Assembly: GCA_963422385.1 (NCBI GenBank)
Contig: OY729432.1
Location: 355,376-419,375 of the forward strand
Source of the DNA: Candidatus Binatia bacterium
Lineage (GTDB): Bacteria > Desulfobacterota > Binatia > UBA9968 > JAJDTQ01
DNA length: 64,000 nt
Reading direction: 5' to 3'
Position numbers and translations under genes: made by a program. The notes beneath the pieces were generated by a model. It was not told the origin of the DNA and ran no database searches. It saw only the letters and a list, made by a program, of their open reading frames with translations. Below, piece after piece: positions 53,452 through 62,785 of this stretch (positions are counted from its first letter, which is position 1; every line of letters begins with the position of its first letter).

Positions 53452-54324
53452 TCAGGCCGCACCCTTCCGTTCCCGTTCCGCCCGCCCCACCCGAAGCACA
53501 TGCTCGACGATCAGGCCGGGGATGTTCACCCCGGTGGTGTCGATGCTGTTCCGGAACTCCATGGTGTAGTTCACCTCGTTGACCAGCAGGCCCTCGGGGG
53601 TCTCGAAAAGGTCCACGGCGACGATGCCGCCTCCCACCGCGCGGCACGCCCGGACCGAGAGGTCCCGAAGCTCGTCCGTCACCGGACAGTTCCCGGCGCG
53701 CCCGCCCCGGGCCGTGTTGGTGATCCAGTGGTCGCTGTAACGGTAGATGGCGGCCACGCATTCGTCACCGATGACGAAGCTCCGGATGTCGCGCCCGGTC
53801 TTCTCGACGTATTGCTGAATGTAGAAGATGGAGTGGTGGTAGGAGCCGAGGATCGCCTTGTGCTCCAGGATCGACTCCGCCGCGTCCCGATCGTTGATCC
53901 TGGCGAGGAGCCGGCCCCAGGAGCCCACGGCGGGCTTGAGCACCACGGGATAGCCCATCTCCTCGATGGCCTCCAGGGTGGATTCCTCGGTAAAGGCGAT
54001 GCGCACCTCGGGCTGGGGCACCCCACCATCCTGCAACTGCACCGAGGTGAGGATCTTGTCGCCGCACACGCCTGCCACCGACGACGAGTTGACGCAGCGC
54101 ACGCCGGCGCTTTCGAACAGCCGCAGACCGTGCAGCGCCCGGGAGTGATTGATGCACCGCTCCAGCAGCACGTCCAGGTCGTATCGGTCCTTGCCCAGGT
54201 TGAACGACAATCGCCGGTCGTCGATCATCCGGAGCTCCACGCCGGGCCGTTGCCTGATCTCCTTGATCAGGAGCTTCTCCTCGGGCCGGACCAGTGAATG
54301 CAGCAAACCGATCTTCAAGCTCAT
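53452..54324 (-). CDS. lysX: RimK/LysX-type ATP-grasp ligase (alpha-aminoadipate--LysW ligase)
   Basis: [20 protein letters not shown]...[11 protein letters not shown]...[19 protein letters not shown]. The ATG overlaps the lysW stop (ATGA). Confidence 0.85.
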   Translation of the reverse strand: MSLKIGLLHSLVRPEEKLLIKEIRQRPGVELRMIDDRRLSFNLGKDRYDLDVLLERCINHSRALHGLRLFESAGVRCVNSSSVAGVCGDKILTSVQLQDGGVPQPEVRIAFTEESTLEAIEEMGYPVVLKPAVGSWGRLLARINDRDAAESILEHKAILGSYHHSIFYIQQYVEKTGRDIRSFVIGDECVAAIYRYSDHWITNTARGGRAGNCPVTDELRDLSVRACRAVGGGIVAVDLFETPEGLLVNEVNYTMEFRNSIDTTGVNIPGLIVEHVLRVGRAERERKGAA

Positions 54325-54485
54325 TCTCCCCAGTCTTCCTCTTCCTTGGGCGCCTCGTCCACCGCCGGCGGATCGAGGCTCGTGACCTCCAGCTCGGTGC
54401 CGCAGTCGGCGCAGGCGATCAACTCGCCCTCCACCGCGTCATCTTCAAGCTCCAGCTCTGCTCCACAAACCGGACATTCAACCAT
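54321..54485 (-). CDS. lysW: amino-group carrier protein LysW
   Basis: 54 aa: [34 protein letters not shown]...EEEDWGE. It has a zinc ribbon (CxxC...CxxC) and the acidic C-terminal EDWGE tail. RBS GGAGGT. Confidence 0.85.
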   Translation of the reverse strand: MVECPVCGAELELEDDAVEGELIACADCGTELEVTSLDPPAVDEAPKEEEDWGE

Positions 54486-54548
54486 CGACGGATACCTCCA
54501 TGGTGGTGTGTAACGTACAAATCCGTAGTGACGGGGGCCCCGCGACAC

Positions 54549-54569
54549 GGGCGGGTTTGAAACCCGCCC
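54549..54569. repeat. REP-like GC hairpin (GGGCGGGTTTGAAACCCGCCC)
   Basis: Perfect palindrome lying between the aminotransferase stop (54597) and the lysW start. Confidence 0.7.
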
Positions 54570-54596
54570 GGACAGGGCAAGATGCGGCCGGCGTCG

Positions 54597-55985
54597 TTAT
54601 GGCAGTACGGCTTGCGCGACCGTGGTGACGGCGTTCCGCAAGATTGTAACGATGCCGTCGATCTGTTCTTTCGTGACCACCAGCGGCGGACACACGGCCA
54701 GCGCGTGGGCGCCGCACACGCGCAGCAGCAGTCCGTTGGCCAGGCACTCGTCGCAGACCCGCCGGGGCACCTGCTGCTCCGGATCAAAGGACTCCCGGGT
54801 CTCCTTGTCCTTCACCAGCTCCACCGCGGCGATGAGCCCCCGGCCGCGCACCTGACCCACCATGGGCAGGTCCGACAGCGTTGCCAGCCGCTCCTGCATG
54901 TAGGCGCCCAACTCCGCCGCCCGCTCCACCAGATGCTCCCGCTCGATGATGTCGAGGTTGGCCAGCGCCGCGGCGCACACCACCGGATGTCCGGTGTAGG
55001 TGTAGCCGTGGTAGAACGCGTCGTCCGCCTTGGCCAGCAGGGTCTGGAAGATCTCTTCCCGGAACAGCATCGCGCCCAGCGGCAGGTAGCCGCTGGTGAT
55101 GCCCTTGGCGGTGACCAGCACGTCCGGGGTCACGTTCTCGCCGGCGCACGCGAACAGGGCGCCGGTGCGCCCGAACCCCGTGATCACCTCGTCGCAGACC
55201 ATCAGGATACCATACCGGGTACAGATCTCCCGAATCCTGGCCAGCCATCCCTCGGGCGGCACGATGACCCCGCCAACGCCCTGGACGGGCTCGGCCACGA
55301 AGGCCGCGACGGCGTCCGGACCTTCCCGTTCCACCAGCTGCTCCAGCTCGTCGGCGCAGGCGATGTTGCAGCTCGGCCAGGTCTTCCCCAGCTCGCAACG
55401 ATAGCAGTGAGGCCGCGCCATGTGGTGCACGTCCGGCAGACCCGGCTCCATCTGCCGGTTGAACAGCGGTATCCCCGTCAGCATGGCCGCCCCGCTGGAA
55501 GAGCCGTGATAGCCCTGGTTCAGGGTGACGAACCGGGTCCGTTGCGGCTGCCCCCTGGCTTTCCAATAAGCCCGCACCAAGCGGATCATGCTCTCGTTGG
55601 TCTCGGAACCGCCGGAGGTGAACACCACGCGGGTCAGCCCTTCCGGGGACATCTCCGCGAGCCGGGACGCCAGCCGGATGGTGGGTTCGGCCGTGGGCCC
55701 GATGAGCGTGGGCGCGTAGGCGAGCCGGTCCATCTGCTCCGCCACCGCACGGGTGATCTCCTTCCGCCCGTGGCCGACGTGGACGTTCCAGAGAGTGGAG
55801 AGGCCGTCGATGTAGCGCTTGCCCAGGGAGTCCCAGAGGTAGACCCCCTCGGCCCGGACGAACACCGGCACGCCGTCCGCCTGATGCTTTGTCAACGGCA
55901 CGAAGCCGTGGACGAGATGGTCCCGGTCGGCGCGGCTCATGGCCGCGGCGCGCTCGAGATCCACGGGGTCGGAAGGGTTCGTCAT
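54597..55985 (-). CDS. class III (omega-type) aminotransferase
   Basis: LWNVHVGHGRKEI...GGSETNE...MVCDEVITGFGRTGALFA...VTAKGITSGYLPLGA. Start at ATG 55985 (MTNPSDP). Confidence 0.85.
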   Translation of the reverse strand: MTNPSDPVDLERAAAMSRADRDHLVHGFVPLTKHQADGVPVFVRAEGVYLWDSLGKRYIDGLSTLWNVHVGHGRKEITRAVAEQMDRLAYAPTLIGPTAEPTIRLASRLAEMSPEGLTRVVFTSGGSETNESMIRLVRAYWKARGQPQRTRFVTLNQGYHGSSSGAAMLTGIPLFNRQMEPGLPDVHHMARPHCYRCELGKTWPSCNIACADELEQLVEREGPDAVAAFVAEPVQGVGGVIVPPEGWLARIREICTRYGILMVCDEVITGFGRTGALFACAGENVTPDVLVTAKGITSGYLPLGAMLFREEIFQTLLAKADDAFYHGYTYTGHPVVCAAALANLDIIEREHLVERAAELGAYMQERLATLSDLPMVGQVRGRGLIAAVELVKDKETRESFDPEQQVPRRVCDECLANGLLLRVCGAHALAVCPPLVVTKEQIDGIVTILRNAVTTVAQAVLP

Positions 55986-56052
55986 GGGTTCCGGCGAGTG
56001 TCCGCGGCAGGGCCTCGGGGCCCTTGGCCCTGCCGTGTCCGTCGTCTTGGGC

Positions 56053-57084
56053 TTACAGCCCGTAATAGCGCCTGGGGTTATCGCACAGGATCTTCCTGCG
56101 CAGCTCGGGGTTGAGGTCCTCCCGGGCAAAAAAGTCCGGCAGATCGTGGAAGAACTCCGAGCGCGCCCGCTCGTGGGGGTAGTCGGAGGCCCACAGCACC
56201 TGATCCCCGCCCAGACGTTCCAGCACGTAGGGCAGGCTCTTCTCGTCCACCTCGCAGGTGAAGAAAATGTTGCCGCCACGGATGATGTCGCTGGGGCGCT
56301 GCTTGACCGCCAGCGCGTGGCCGCGCCGCTCCCAGTTCTCGTCCAGCGCGTCCATCATGAACGGCACCCAGCCGGTGCCGCACTCCAGATAGGCCACCCG
56401 AAGGTTGGGAAAACGGTCGAACACGCCGCTGTTGATCATGCTCATGATCTGTACCATCTGCGGCATGGCGTGCTCCAGCGGTCGCGCCTCGGCCAGACTC
56501 TCGAACATGTCCAGGCCCAGGCCCGTTACCGGACCGCCGTGAACCGCCAACGGGCAATCCAACCGTTCCGCCTCCGCGTAGAGCGGGTCGAACTGGCCGC
56601 CGCCCAGGCCCACCAGCGGCGCCATCACCGACGGGATCACGCCGGCCACCATGCCCTGCTCCTCCACGCACCGGCGCAACTCCTGGACCGCGGCGTCGAT
56701 GTCCTGCACCGGCAGCAGCGCCACGCCCTTGAGGCGGTCCGACTGGCGCCCGAAAGAGTCGTAAAGCCAGTCGTTGTACGCCTGAGCCACGGCCACCGCC
56801 CAGCCCTTGTTCCTGATCTGGCCGTGAAACAGCGCGTTGCTGGGATAGAGGATCGTCTGGTCGATCTTCGAGTCGTCGAGGAAGCTCAGCCAGTTGGCCG
56901 CGTCCGGGACCTCGGCCTTGTGGCGGGACGACATGCCGCGCATCCAGCCGTCAGTGAGGGGAAAGAGATAATACTCACGGGTCCAGTCCTTGTCGGACCA
57001 GGGCGCGGGCAGATACCGACGCAGGTCCTTGTCCTGGTCCACCACGTGGCCGTCCGCGTCAATAATCTCGTGTTCATGTTCCAT
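56053..57084 (-). CDS. Amidohydrolase_2 family protein (paralogue of 45026-46150)
   Basis: IIDADGHVV (metal site)...LAVHGG...LWASDYPHE. ATG 57084 is preceded by GGAGG. Confidence 0.8.
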   Translation of the reverse strand: MEHEHEIIDADGHVVDQDKDLRRYLPAPWSDKDWTREYYLFPLTDGWMRGMSSRHKAEVPDAANWLSFLDDSKIDQTILYPSNALFHGQIRNKGWAVAVAQAYNDWLYDSFGRQSDRLKGVALLPVQDIDAAVQELRRCVEEQGMVAGVIPSVMAPLVGLGGGQFDPLYAEAERLDCPLAVHGGPVTGLGLDMFESLAEARPLEHAMPQMVQIMSMINSGVFDRFPNLRVAYLECGTGWVPFMMDALDENWERRGHALAVKQRPSDIIRGGNIFFTCEVDEKSLPYVLERLGGDQVLWASDYPHERARSEFFHDLPDFFAREDLNPELRRKILCDNPRRYYGL

Positions 57085-57136
57085 GGAAACCTCCAACGTC
57101 CGGAAATCCGATACGCGCACGCGAGGGGCCCGCTCG

Positions 57137-58606
57137 TCAGCGTATCATCAGCCGGCCGGATTCGCCCGAATAGTTGATAAAGACGGTCTTGAGCTCGGTA
57201 AAGAAATTGACGCCCTCCTCGGACATTTCCCGCTCCCCTACCCCGGTGGCCTTGATGCCGCCGAAGGGAAGCTGGGCCTCACCGCCGATGGTGGGCTCGT
57301 TCACGTGGACCATGCCCGTCTCCACGTCCTCCACGAAGCGCATCACCTTGTCCACGTCCCGGGTGAAGATGGACGTGGTGAGGCCGAAGTCCACCGAGTT
57401 GGCGAACCGGATGGCTTCGTCCAGGTCCGAGGCCGCAGCCACCGACAGCACCGGGCCGAAGATCTCCTCGCGAAAGATGCGCATGTCCGGTGTGACGTTG
57501 TCGAACACCGTGGGCTCGACGTAATACCCGTGTTCCAGCCCCGCGGGCTGGTTCCCGCCCACCACCAGGCGGGCGCCCTCCTGCTTGCCCACTTCGATGT
57601 ACTCCAGGTCGGTCTTCCACTGGCTCTCGTCCACCGCCGGCCCCATGTCCACGTCCCGGTCGAGGCCCGGGCCCACGCGCATCTTTCGGGCGTGTTCCTC
57701 CAGCCTGGCCACCAGCTCGTCCTTCGTGGAGCCGATGGCGATGACCCGGGAGGTGGCGGTGCAGCGCTGGCCGGTGGAGCCGAAGGCGCCGTCCCGTATG
57801 GCCACGGCCGCCTTCTCGAGGTCGCAGTCGGGCATCACGATGACCGCGTTCTTGCCGCCCATCTCGCAGGTCACCTTGGCGCCCCGGGAGGCGGCCTTGA
57901 CGTAGAGGTCGCTGCCGATCTCGTTGGACCCGGTAAACGAGACCACCGGGATCCGTGCGGACCTGACCATGGTTTCGCCGACCTCGGACCCGGAGCCGAC
58001 GATGACGTTGAAGACGCCCTTGGGAAGACCGGCTTCCTCGTATACTTCCGCCAGGAGACCCGCAGTAGCCGGGGTCAGGGACGCCGGCTTGAGCAGTACC
58101 GCGTTGCCGGCCACCAGCGCCGGCGCGGACTTCCACACCGGGATCGCCCAGGGAAAGTTCCACGGCGCGATCAGCCCCACCACGCCCATGGGCTGCCGGA
58201 TGGTGTAGGTGAAAGTGTCCCGGGCCTCGGACGGAAGAGTCTTGCCGCCGAGCCGGTAGCCGGCGCCGGCGTTGTACTCCAGGAGCGAGATCCCCTTGAG
58301 CACCTCGCCCCGCGCCTCCTTGAAGATCTTCCCTTCTTCGCGCGTCATGACCTCGGCGATCTCGTCCACACGACGGCGCGCGATGTCCGCGGCGCGCCAG
58401 ATCACCCGACCGCGCTCCGGCCCCGGCGTCTTCCTCCATCCCTGGAAGGCGGCCGCGGCCGCATCGATGGCCCGCTCCGTGTCCGCGCCCGTGGCCATGG
58501 GAAACTCGGCGATGACGTCGCGGGTGTCCGCGGGATTGACGTTGCGTACCTGCCGGCCGGAGCTCGGCTGGACCCACTCCCCGTTGATATACGAACCGGT
58601 CTGCAT
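57137..58606 (-). CDS. NAD(P)-dependent aldehyde dehydrogenase
   Basis: SFTGSNEIG...[13 protein letters not shown] (catalytic Glu)...GQRCTATSR (catalytic Cys). ATG 58606 is preceded by AAGGAG. Confidence 0.9.
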   Translation of the reverse strand: MQTGSYINGEWVQPSSGRQVRNVNPADTRDVIAEFPMATGADTERAIDAAAAAFQGWRKTPGPERGRVIWRAADIARRRVDEIAEVMTREEGKIFKEARGEVLKGISLLEYNAGAGYRLGGKTLPSEARDTFTYTIRQPMGVVGLIAPWNFPWAIPVWKSAPALVAGNAVLLKPASLTPATAGLLAEVYEEAGLPKGVFNVIVGSGSEVGETMVRSARIPVVSFTGSNEIGSDLYVKAASRGAKVTCEMGGKNAVIVMPDCDLEKAAVAIRDGAFGSTGQRCTATSRVIAIGSTKDELVARLEEHARKMRVGPGLDRDVDMGPAVDESQWKTDLEYIEVGKQEGARLVVGGNQPAGLEHGYYVEPTVFDNVTPDMRIFREEIFGPVLSVAAASDLDEAIRFANSVDFGLTTSIFTRDVDKVMRFVEDVETGMVHVNEPTIGGEAQLPFGGIKATGVGEREMSEEGVNFFTELKTVFINYSGESGRLMIR

Positions 58607-58651
58607 GGGTGTCTCCTTGGAGCTGGTATCGTGGGTCGCCAATGGATCGGG

Positions 58652-58678
58652 CAGGGGCGGGCTTGAAACCCGCCCCTG
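58652..58678. repeat. REP-like GC hairpin (CAGGGGCGGG-CTTGAAA-CCCGCCCCTG)
   Basis: 10-bp perfect stem located in the divergent aldH/rnhA intergenic region. Confidence 0.7.
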
Positions 58679-58737
58679 CACCTTGTCGTCGCACCCGGGA
58701 GCCTGTCCGACGGCAAGCATTCCCGCACCGCTTCATG

Positions 58738-58758
58738 CGACGCTGGAAACCAGCGTCG
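58738..58758. other. perfect 9-bp stem hairpin (CGACGCTGG-AAA-CCAGCGTCG) followed 16 nt later by an A8 run
   Basis: Read directly. There is no U-tract in the position needed for an intrinsic terminator on either strand. Confidence 0.4.
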
Positions 58759-58857
58759 GGCGTGTGTGCGATTAAAAAAAACAAACGGTTCCGTGTCAAG
58801 CGTTCACAGCGTGTTGCGGCGCCGGGCCGTTGACCTCTATACTCCCCTGACCGAGCA

Positions 58858-59340
58858 ATGATGAAAAACGTGACCCTCTATACCGACGGAGCATGCCTCG
58901 GGAATCCGGGACCCGGAGGCTACGGCGCCGTCCTCCTCTACAACACGGCTTCGCCTACCCGCAAGGAGCTGAGCGGCGGCTACCGCAAGACCACCAACAA
59001 CCGCATGGAGATCATGGCCGTCCTGAAGGGGCTTCGATCCCTGACCGAACCGTGCCGGGTGACGCTCTACAGCGACTCCCGGTACGTGGTGGACGCCATG
59101 TCCAAGGGATGGGCCGAGCGCTGGCGCGCCAAGGGATGGCGGAGAGGCGACAAGGCGCCGGCCCTGAATCCCGATCTCTGGGCCGAGATGCTGGACCTGT
59201 CTGAACGGCACCAAGTCGACTACCGCTGGGTCAAGGGGCACTCGGGCGACCCCGAGAACGAGCGGTGCGACCAGCTCGCCGTGGCGGCCGCCAACGGAAC
59301 CGATCTTGCGCGCGACGAGGCCTACGAGAGGAAGGGATGA
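58858..59340 (+). CDS. rnhA: ribonuclease HI
   Basis: [21 protein letters not shown]...[11 protein letters not shown]...LYSDSRYV...[18 protein letters not shown]. Confidence 0.93.
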   Translation: MMKNVTLYTDGACLGNPGPGGYGAVLLYNTASPTRKELSGGYRKTTNNRMEIMAVLKGLRSLTEPCRVTLYSDSRYVVDAMSKGWAERWRAKGWRRGDKAPALNPDLWAEMLDLSERHQVDYRWVKGHSGDPENERCDQLAVAAANGTDLARDEAYERKG

Positions 59341-59436
59341 AAACCTTGGGACCCGTGCGGCCATCGCTCGGATTTCAACCGGCCAGCGGAGCGGCGATCA
59401 CTATGAATAATCCCGCCCGGTGCTAAATTGGAGTCC

Positions 59437-60489
59437 ATGAAGGTTGGACTCACAGGATTCTCCAGAGCGGGCAAAACCACCCTTTACAATGCTCTCACCG
59501 GCCTCAGCGCCGCGGTGGGGGGCTTCGAGACCCGCCACGAGGCGGCCATGGCGGTGGTCAAGGTGCCAGACCCTCGCGTGGACGCGCTGAGCGAGATCGT
59601 CCATCCCAAGGACAAGAAGTACGCGGAGGTCACCTTCCTGGACTTCCCGCCGTCGCAGGAACGGAAGGCGGCGCTGGAGAACCAGTCCCTGGTACAACTG
59701 CGCGAGGTGGATGCCATGGCCCAGGTAGTCCGGGCCTTCGATGACCCGCTCGCGGACGAGCCTCCCGCGCCCGTGCGGGACCTCAACGCCTTTCAGGCCG
59801 AGTTGATCCTCGCCGACCTGGCGGTCATCGAGAAGCGCGTGGAGCGGATCCGGAAAGAGGCCGGCAAGGACCGGGGACGGGAGTCGGACCTTCTGGCGCG
59901 CTGCCAGAGCACCCTGGAAGAGGAACGCCCCCTGCGCGCCCTGGAATTCCTGCCGGAGGAACGGACCCTGCTCTCGGGTTTCGCCTTCCTCAGCGCCAAG
60001 CCTCTGCTGGTGGTCTGCAATACCGACGAGACGGCGCTGCAGGAGCCCCTGCCCGCGGAGGTCGCCGAATTCGCCCGAGAGGAAAACCTGACGGTGGTCC
60101 CCGTCTGCGGCAAGCTCGAGATGGAGATCGCCCAGCTCGATCCCGGCGAACGGGCGGAGTTCTTATCGGAGCTCGGACTTTCCGAGACGGCCCGGGACCG
60201 CTTCATCCGCCAAGCCTACGACCACCTCCGCCTCATGAGCTTCTTTACCGCCGGCCCCATGGAGGTGCGCGCCTGGACCATCGCCCGGGACACCCCCGCG
60301 GTCAACGCCGCCGGCAAGATCCACTCCGACATCGAACGCGGCTTCATCCGCGCCGAGGTCATCTCCTACGACGACTACATCGAGCACCGCGGTGAAGCCG
60401 GCTGCCGCTCCGCCGGCAAACTGCGCCTCGAAGGCAAGGAGTACCGCGTGCAGGACGGGGACGTCATGCACATCAGGTTCAATGTGTGA
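59437..60489 (+). CDS. ychF: ribosome-binding ATPase YchF (Obg-like)
   Basis: MKVGLTGFSRAGKTTLYNALTG (P-loop) and the C-terminal TGS-like block FFTAGPMEVRAWTI...AAGKIHSDIERGFIRAEV. The track start is 59428. Confidence 0.88.
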   Translation: MKVGLTGFSRAGKTTLYNALTGLSAAVGGFETRHEAAMAVVKVPDPRVDALSEIVHPKDKKYAEVTFLDFPPSQERKAALENQSLVQLREVDAMAQVVRAFDDPLADEPPAPVRDLNAFQAELILADLAVIEKRVERIRKEAGKDRGRESDLLARCQSTLEEERPLRALEFLPEERTLLSGFAFLSAKPLLVVCNTDETALQEPLPAEVAEFAREENLTVVPVCGKLEMEIAQLDPGERAEFLSELGLSETARDRFIRQAYDHLRLMSFFTAGPMEVRAWTIARDTPAVNAAGKIHSDIERGFIRAEVISYDDYIEHRGEAGCRSAGKLRLEGKEYRVQDGDVMHIRFNV

Positions 60490-60714
60490 GGGTGGAAGAA
60501 ACGCGCCGGCTGTTTCGGCGGCATCGTTGATTCAGGCGATGGACGCCAGACCCTCCTCCCGAACCAGCGTCAGAAGTTCGAGCGAGGCGCCCGCCGGATC
60601 TTATCCCCTCCGGTCAGTGCGATGGTTTCGAGCTAAACCGCCCGGCCAGAGGGGAAATGATGACACGGTGGCGGACCCCTCCACAGCAGATTCCCGGTTA
60701 CGTCGAACACGACC

Positions 60715-61077
60715 TCAACTCCGGAAAACCCGGATACTCAGGGGAGTGATCCCCCACGTGGTTCGCCATGCCCGGTTGCGCGAGGACACCCCGCGGGGCG
60801 ACGAAGCTGTTGATACGGTGTTGATACGGCGAACCCGCCGCTCGTGCCACCGGAGGTTGATCGCTGCGTAGATGGGAAAGAACGTCATCTCGGAGTAAGG
60901 CAAGTGGTCGTGAATCCACCATGCCAAGGCCTGCCACAGCGTTCCGGCTTCATAGCGCTCCACGAACCAGGGAAGGACGATGCAGGCGGTAACGCGCATG
61001 AAGAAATGCTCCGACAGCCGGACCCGGCCGAGCCTTTCCAACGCTTTTATGGAAGCGGGCTTACGAATGGGGTGCAC
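60715..61077 (-). CDS. hypothetical protein or gene remnant
   Basis: 120-aa ORF. The first ~75 aa look protein-like (KALERLGRVRLSEHFFMRV...WWIHDHLPYSEMTFFPIYAAINLRWHE), and the tail is Arg/Ser-rich as if out of frame. No family recognised. Confidence 0.25.
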   Translation of the reverse strand: MHPIRKPASIKALERLGRVRLSEHFFMRVTACIVLPWFVERYEAGTLWQALAWWIHDHLPYSEMTFFPIYAAINLRWHERRVRRINTVSTASSPRGVSSRNRAWRTTWGITPLSIRVFRS

Positions 61078-61306
61078 TTGGTCGAAGTCTCACCGGCTGG
61101 CTCGTTCCGGTTCCGACCAAAGAGAATCGACTTGGGGAAACTCTTGACGCCCCGCTCCGGGAGCGATCGCGCCCCAAATAGCCAAAACCCACCGAATCAG
61201 TAGCACACAGAGACTCAAGGAGGGTAGCTACCGATGGATGGCTTGACCTTACCGCAAATACAGACTTGTCTAAAACCAGTTGTATCTTCTGCGGAGGTTT
61301 GTTTCC

Positions 61307-61549
61307 ATGCCGGAAATCGGTGCTTTCCAAGCGAAAACCCAACTGTCACAGTTGCTCCAGCGCGTTCAGGCAGGGGAACGATTCGTAATCACCAAACACA
61401 ATCGCCCCGTGGCCGAGCTGATTCCGTTTCAGCCACACGATTCCGACGAGGTGCGCGCCGCGGTCGCCGGCCTGAAAGCTTTTCAGGAGGCCCACAGTCT
61501 GGGTGGGTTGTCGGTTCGCCGGATGATCGAAGAAGGACGCAAGTACTGA
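61307..61549 (+). CDS. type II antitoxin, Phd/YefM family
   Basis: MPEIGAFQAKTQLSQLLQRVQAGERFVITKHNRPVAELIPF is the typical Phd/YefM N-terminal fold. The stop overlaps the toxin ATG (TGATG). Confidence 0.8.
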   Translation: MPEIGAFQAKTQLSQLLQRVQAGERFVITKHNRPVAELIPFQPHDSDEVRAAVAGLKAFQEAHSLGGLSVRRMIEEGRKY

Positions 61550-61965
61550 TGGCGTTCGTTCTCGACTGCTCGGTCACTATGGCATGGCTCTTCCCCGACG
61601 AGGCCAACGAAACCACCGACCGTTTGCGAGACTCGCTTGTCGAAGACCGCGCATTCGTCCCGTCCCACTGGCCGGTAGAGGTAGGCAATGTACTGCTGGT
61701 TGCCACCCGCCGGGGCCGAATCCATGTAGAAGAGTGGCCGCAGATTCGCCGGTTTCTGGCGGCATTGCCCCTCGAAATCGACCCCGTGACCACATCCCGC
61801 GCGTGGGGCGCGTCACTGGAACTCGCGCAAGCGTACCAGCTTTCCGTCCACGACGCGATGTATCTCGAGCTGGCGGTACGGATGCGCATGACGCTCGCCA
61901 CGCTGGACCGCGCGCTCCGGAACGCCGCACAAACCCTGGGGATCGACGCACCGCCGATCATGTAG
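61549..61965 (+). CDS. vapC: type II toxin VapC (PIN-domain ribonuclease)
   Basis: MAFVLDCSVTMAWLF (first acidic residue), ...EVGNVL..., and SVHDAMYLELA...LATLDRAL, the PIN acidic quartet pattern. Confidence 0.8.
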   Translation: MAFVLDCSVTMAWLFPDEANETTDRLRDSLVEDRAFVPSHWPVEVGNVLLVATRRGRIHVEEWPQIRRFLAALPLEIDPVTTSRAWGASLELAQAYQLSVHDAMYLELAVRMRMTLATLDRALRNAAQTLGIDAPPIM

Positions 61966-62099
61966 CCTGACGAAGCTCGTTTCCGTTCTGCTGATGGCCA
62001 CTGGCACGGGTAGGAGCGCCTTCGTCTGCCACTTGGCCGAACACTCGGCCCGGAGGCCCTGACAGCCAACCGCTCCACAGAGCCTCAACCACCCCGACG

Positions 62100-62357
62100 C
62101 TACAACTGTCGCAACCTGGAGATGGTAGTGGCGAGCCGCTCTGCCAGCAAGGCCATATGCCGTGCCGCGCCCAATGGGTCAATCGCCCATCCCCGACTCG
62201 ATTGTTCCGAAGTGCTGCCCACTTTCTCGGTAAAGGCATCCTGCTCGAACAAGCCGTGCGTTTCATCAACGACGGACTGGGCTTCGGCAGGAAACTTGAC
62301 CCAGTTGGATGCGCCAAAAGTGAAACCCTTGAAATTCTCGTAGTAAACGCGGTCCAC
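62100..62357 (-). CDS. hypothetical protein
   Basis: 85-aa ORF with non-shadow-like composition (MDRVYYENFKGFTFGASNWVKFPAEAQSVVDETHGLFEQDAFTEK). No family recognised. Confidence 0.3.
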   Translation of the reverse strand: MDRVYYENFKGFTFGASNWVKFPAEAQSVVDETHGLFEQDAFTEKVGSTSEQSSRGWAIDPLGAARHMALLAERLATTISRLRQL

Positions 62358-62386
62358 CGATGGAAACAGTCAAGCTACGGTGACCG

Positions 62387-62773
62387 GTGATTTTTGGAAT
62401 GAGCAGGATACGCGAATCGAGATTCCCTGGTCTCCCGGGTCAACCAATTATCGTGGGCATACACGCGACGTTACAGACGGATGCAGACAGTTTCTTCGTT
62501 GCAAACGCCAACTATCAGCAAGGCCATTCATGCTCACCGTCGAATCCTGAAGACGAGAACGTGGCCCGGTTTCGCCGTCCGTTCCCGCGGTTTGAGTCCC
62601 TCTACCGCCTCGCCCGGGATCTGGACGTGTTGCTGGCGCTTGCCGGCAAGGTATCGGCCGACCTTCGGGCGATTATCTGCAGGCGGCCGCGGCTGTTCGC
62701 GGACCTGACCCGTCAATTGAAGGAAACGCCCGACGAGGCGGTGCGGCGCATCGTGCGCGAGGGCAACTGGTAG
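62387..62773 (+). CDS. hypothetical protein
   Basis: 128-aa ORF (GTG 62387 or ATG 62399) immediately upstream of the degraded gene. No family recognised. Confidence 0.3.
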   Translation: MIFGMSRIRESRFPGLPGQPIIVGIHATLQTDADSFFVANANYQQGHSCSPSNPEDENVARFRRPFPRFESLYRLARDLDVLLALAGKVSADLRAIICRRPRLFADLTRQLKETPDEAVRRIVREGNW

Positions 62774-62785
62774 GGAGAATATTCG

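Noticed and set aside
58738-58785. The hairpin plus homopolymer run as an intrinsic terminator.
   Set aside because: The run is A on the plus strand and precedes the hairpin on the minus strand. The site also lies between two divergently transcribed genes, where no terminator is expected.
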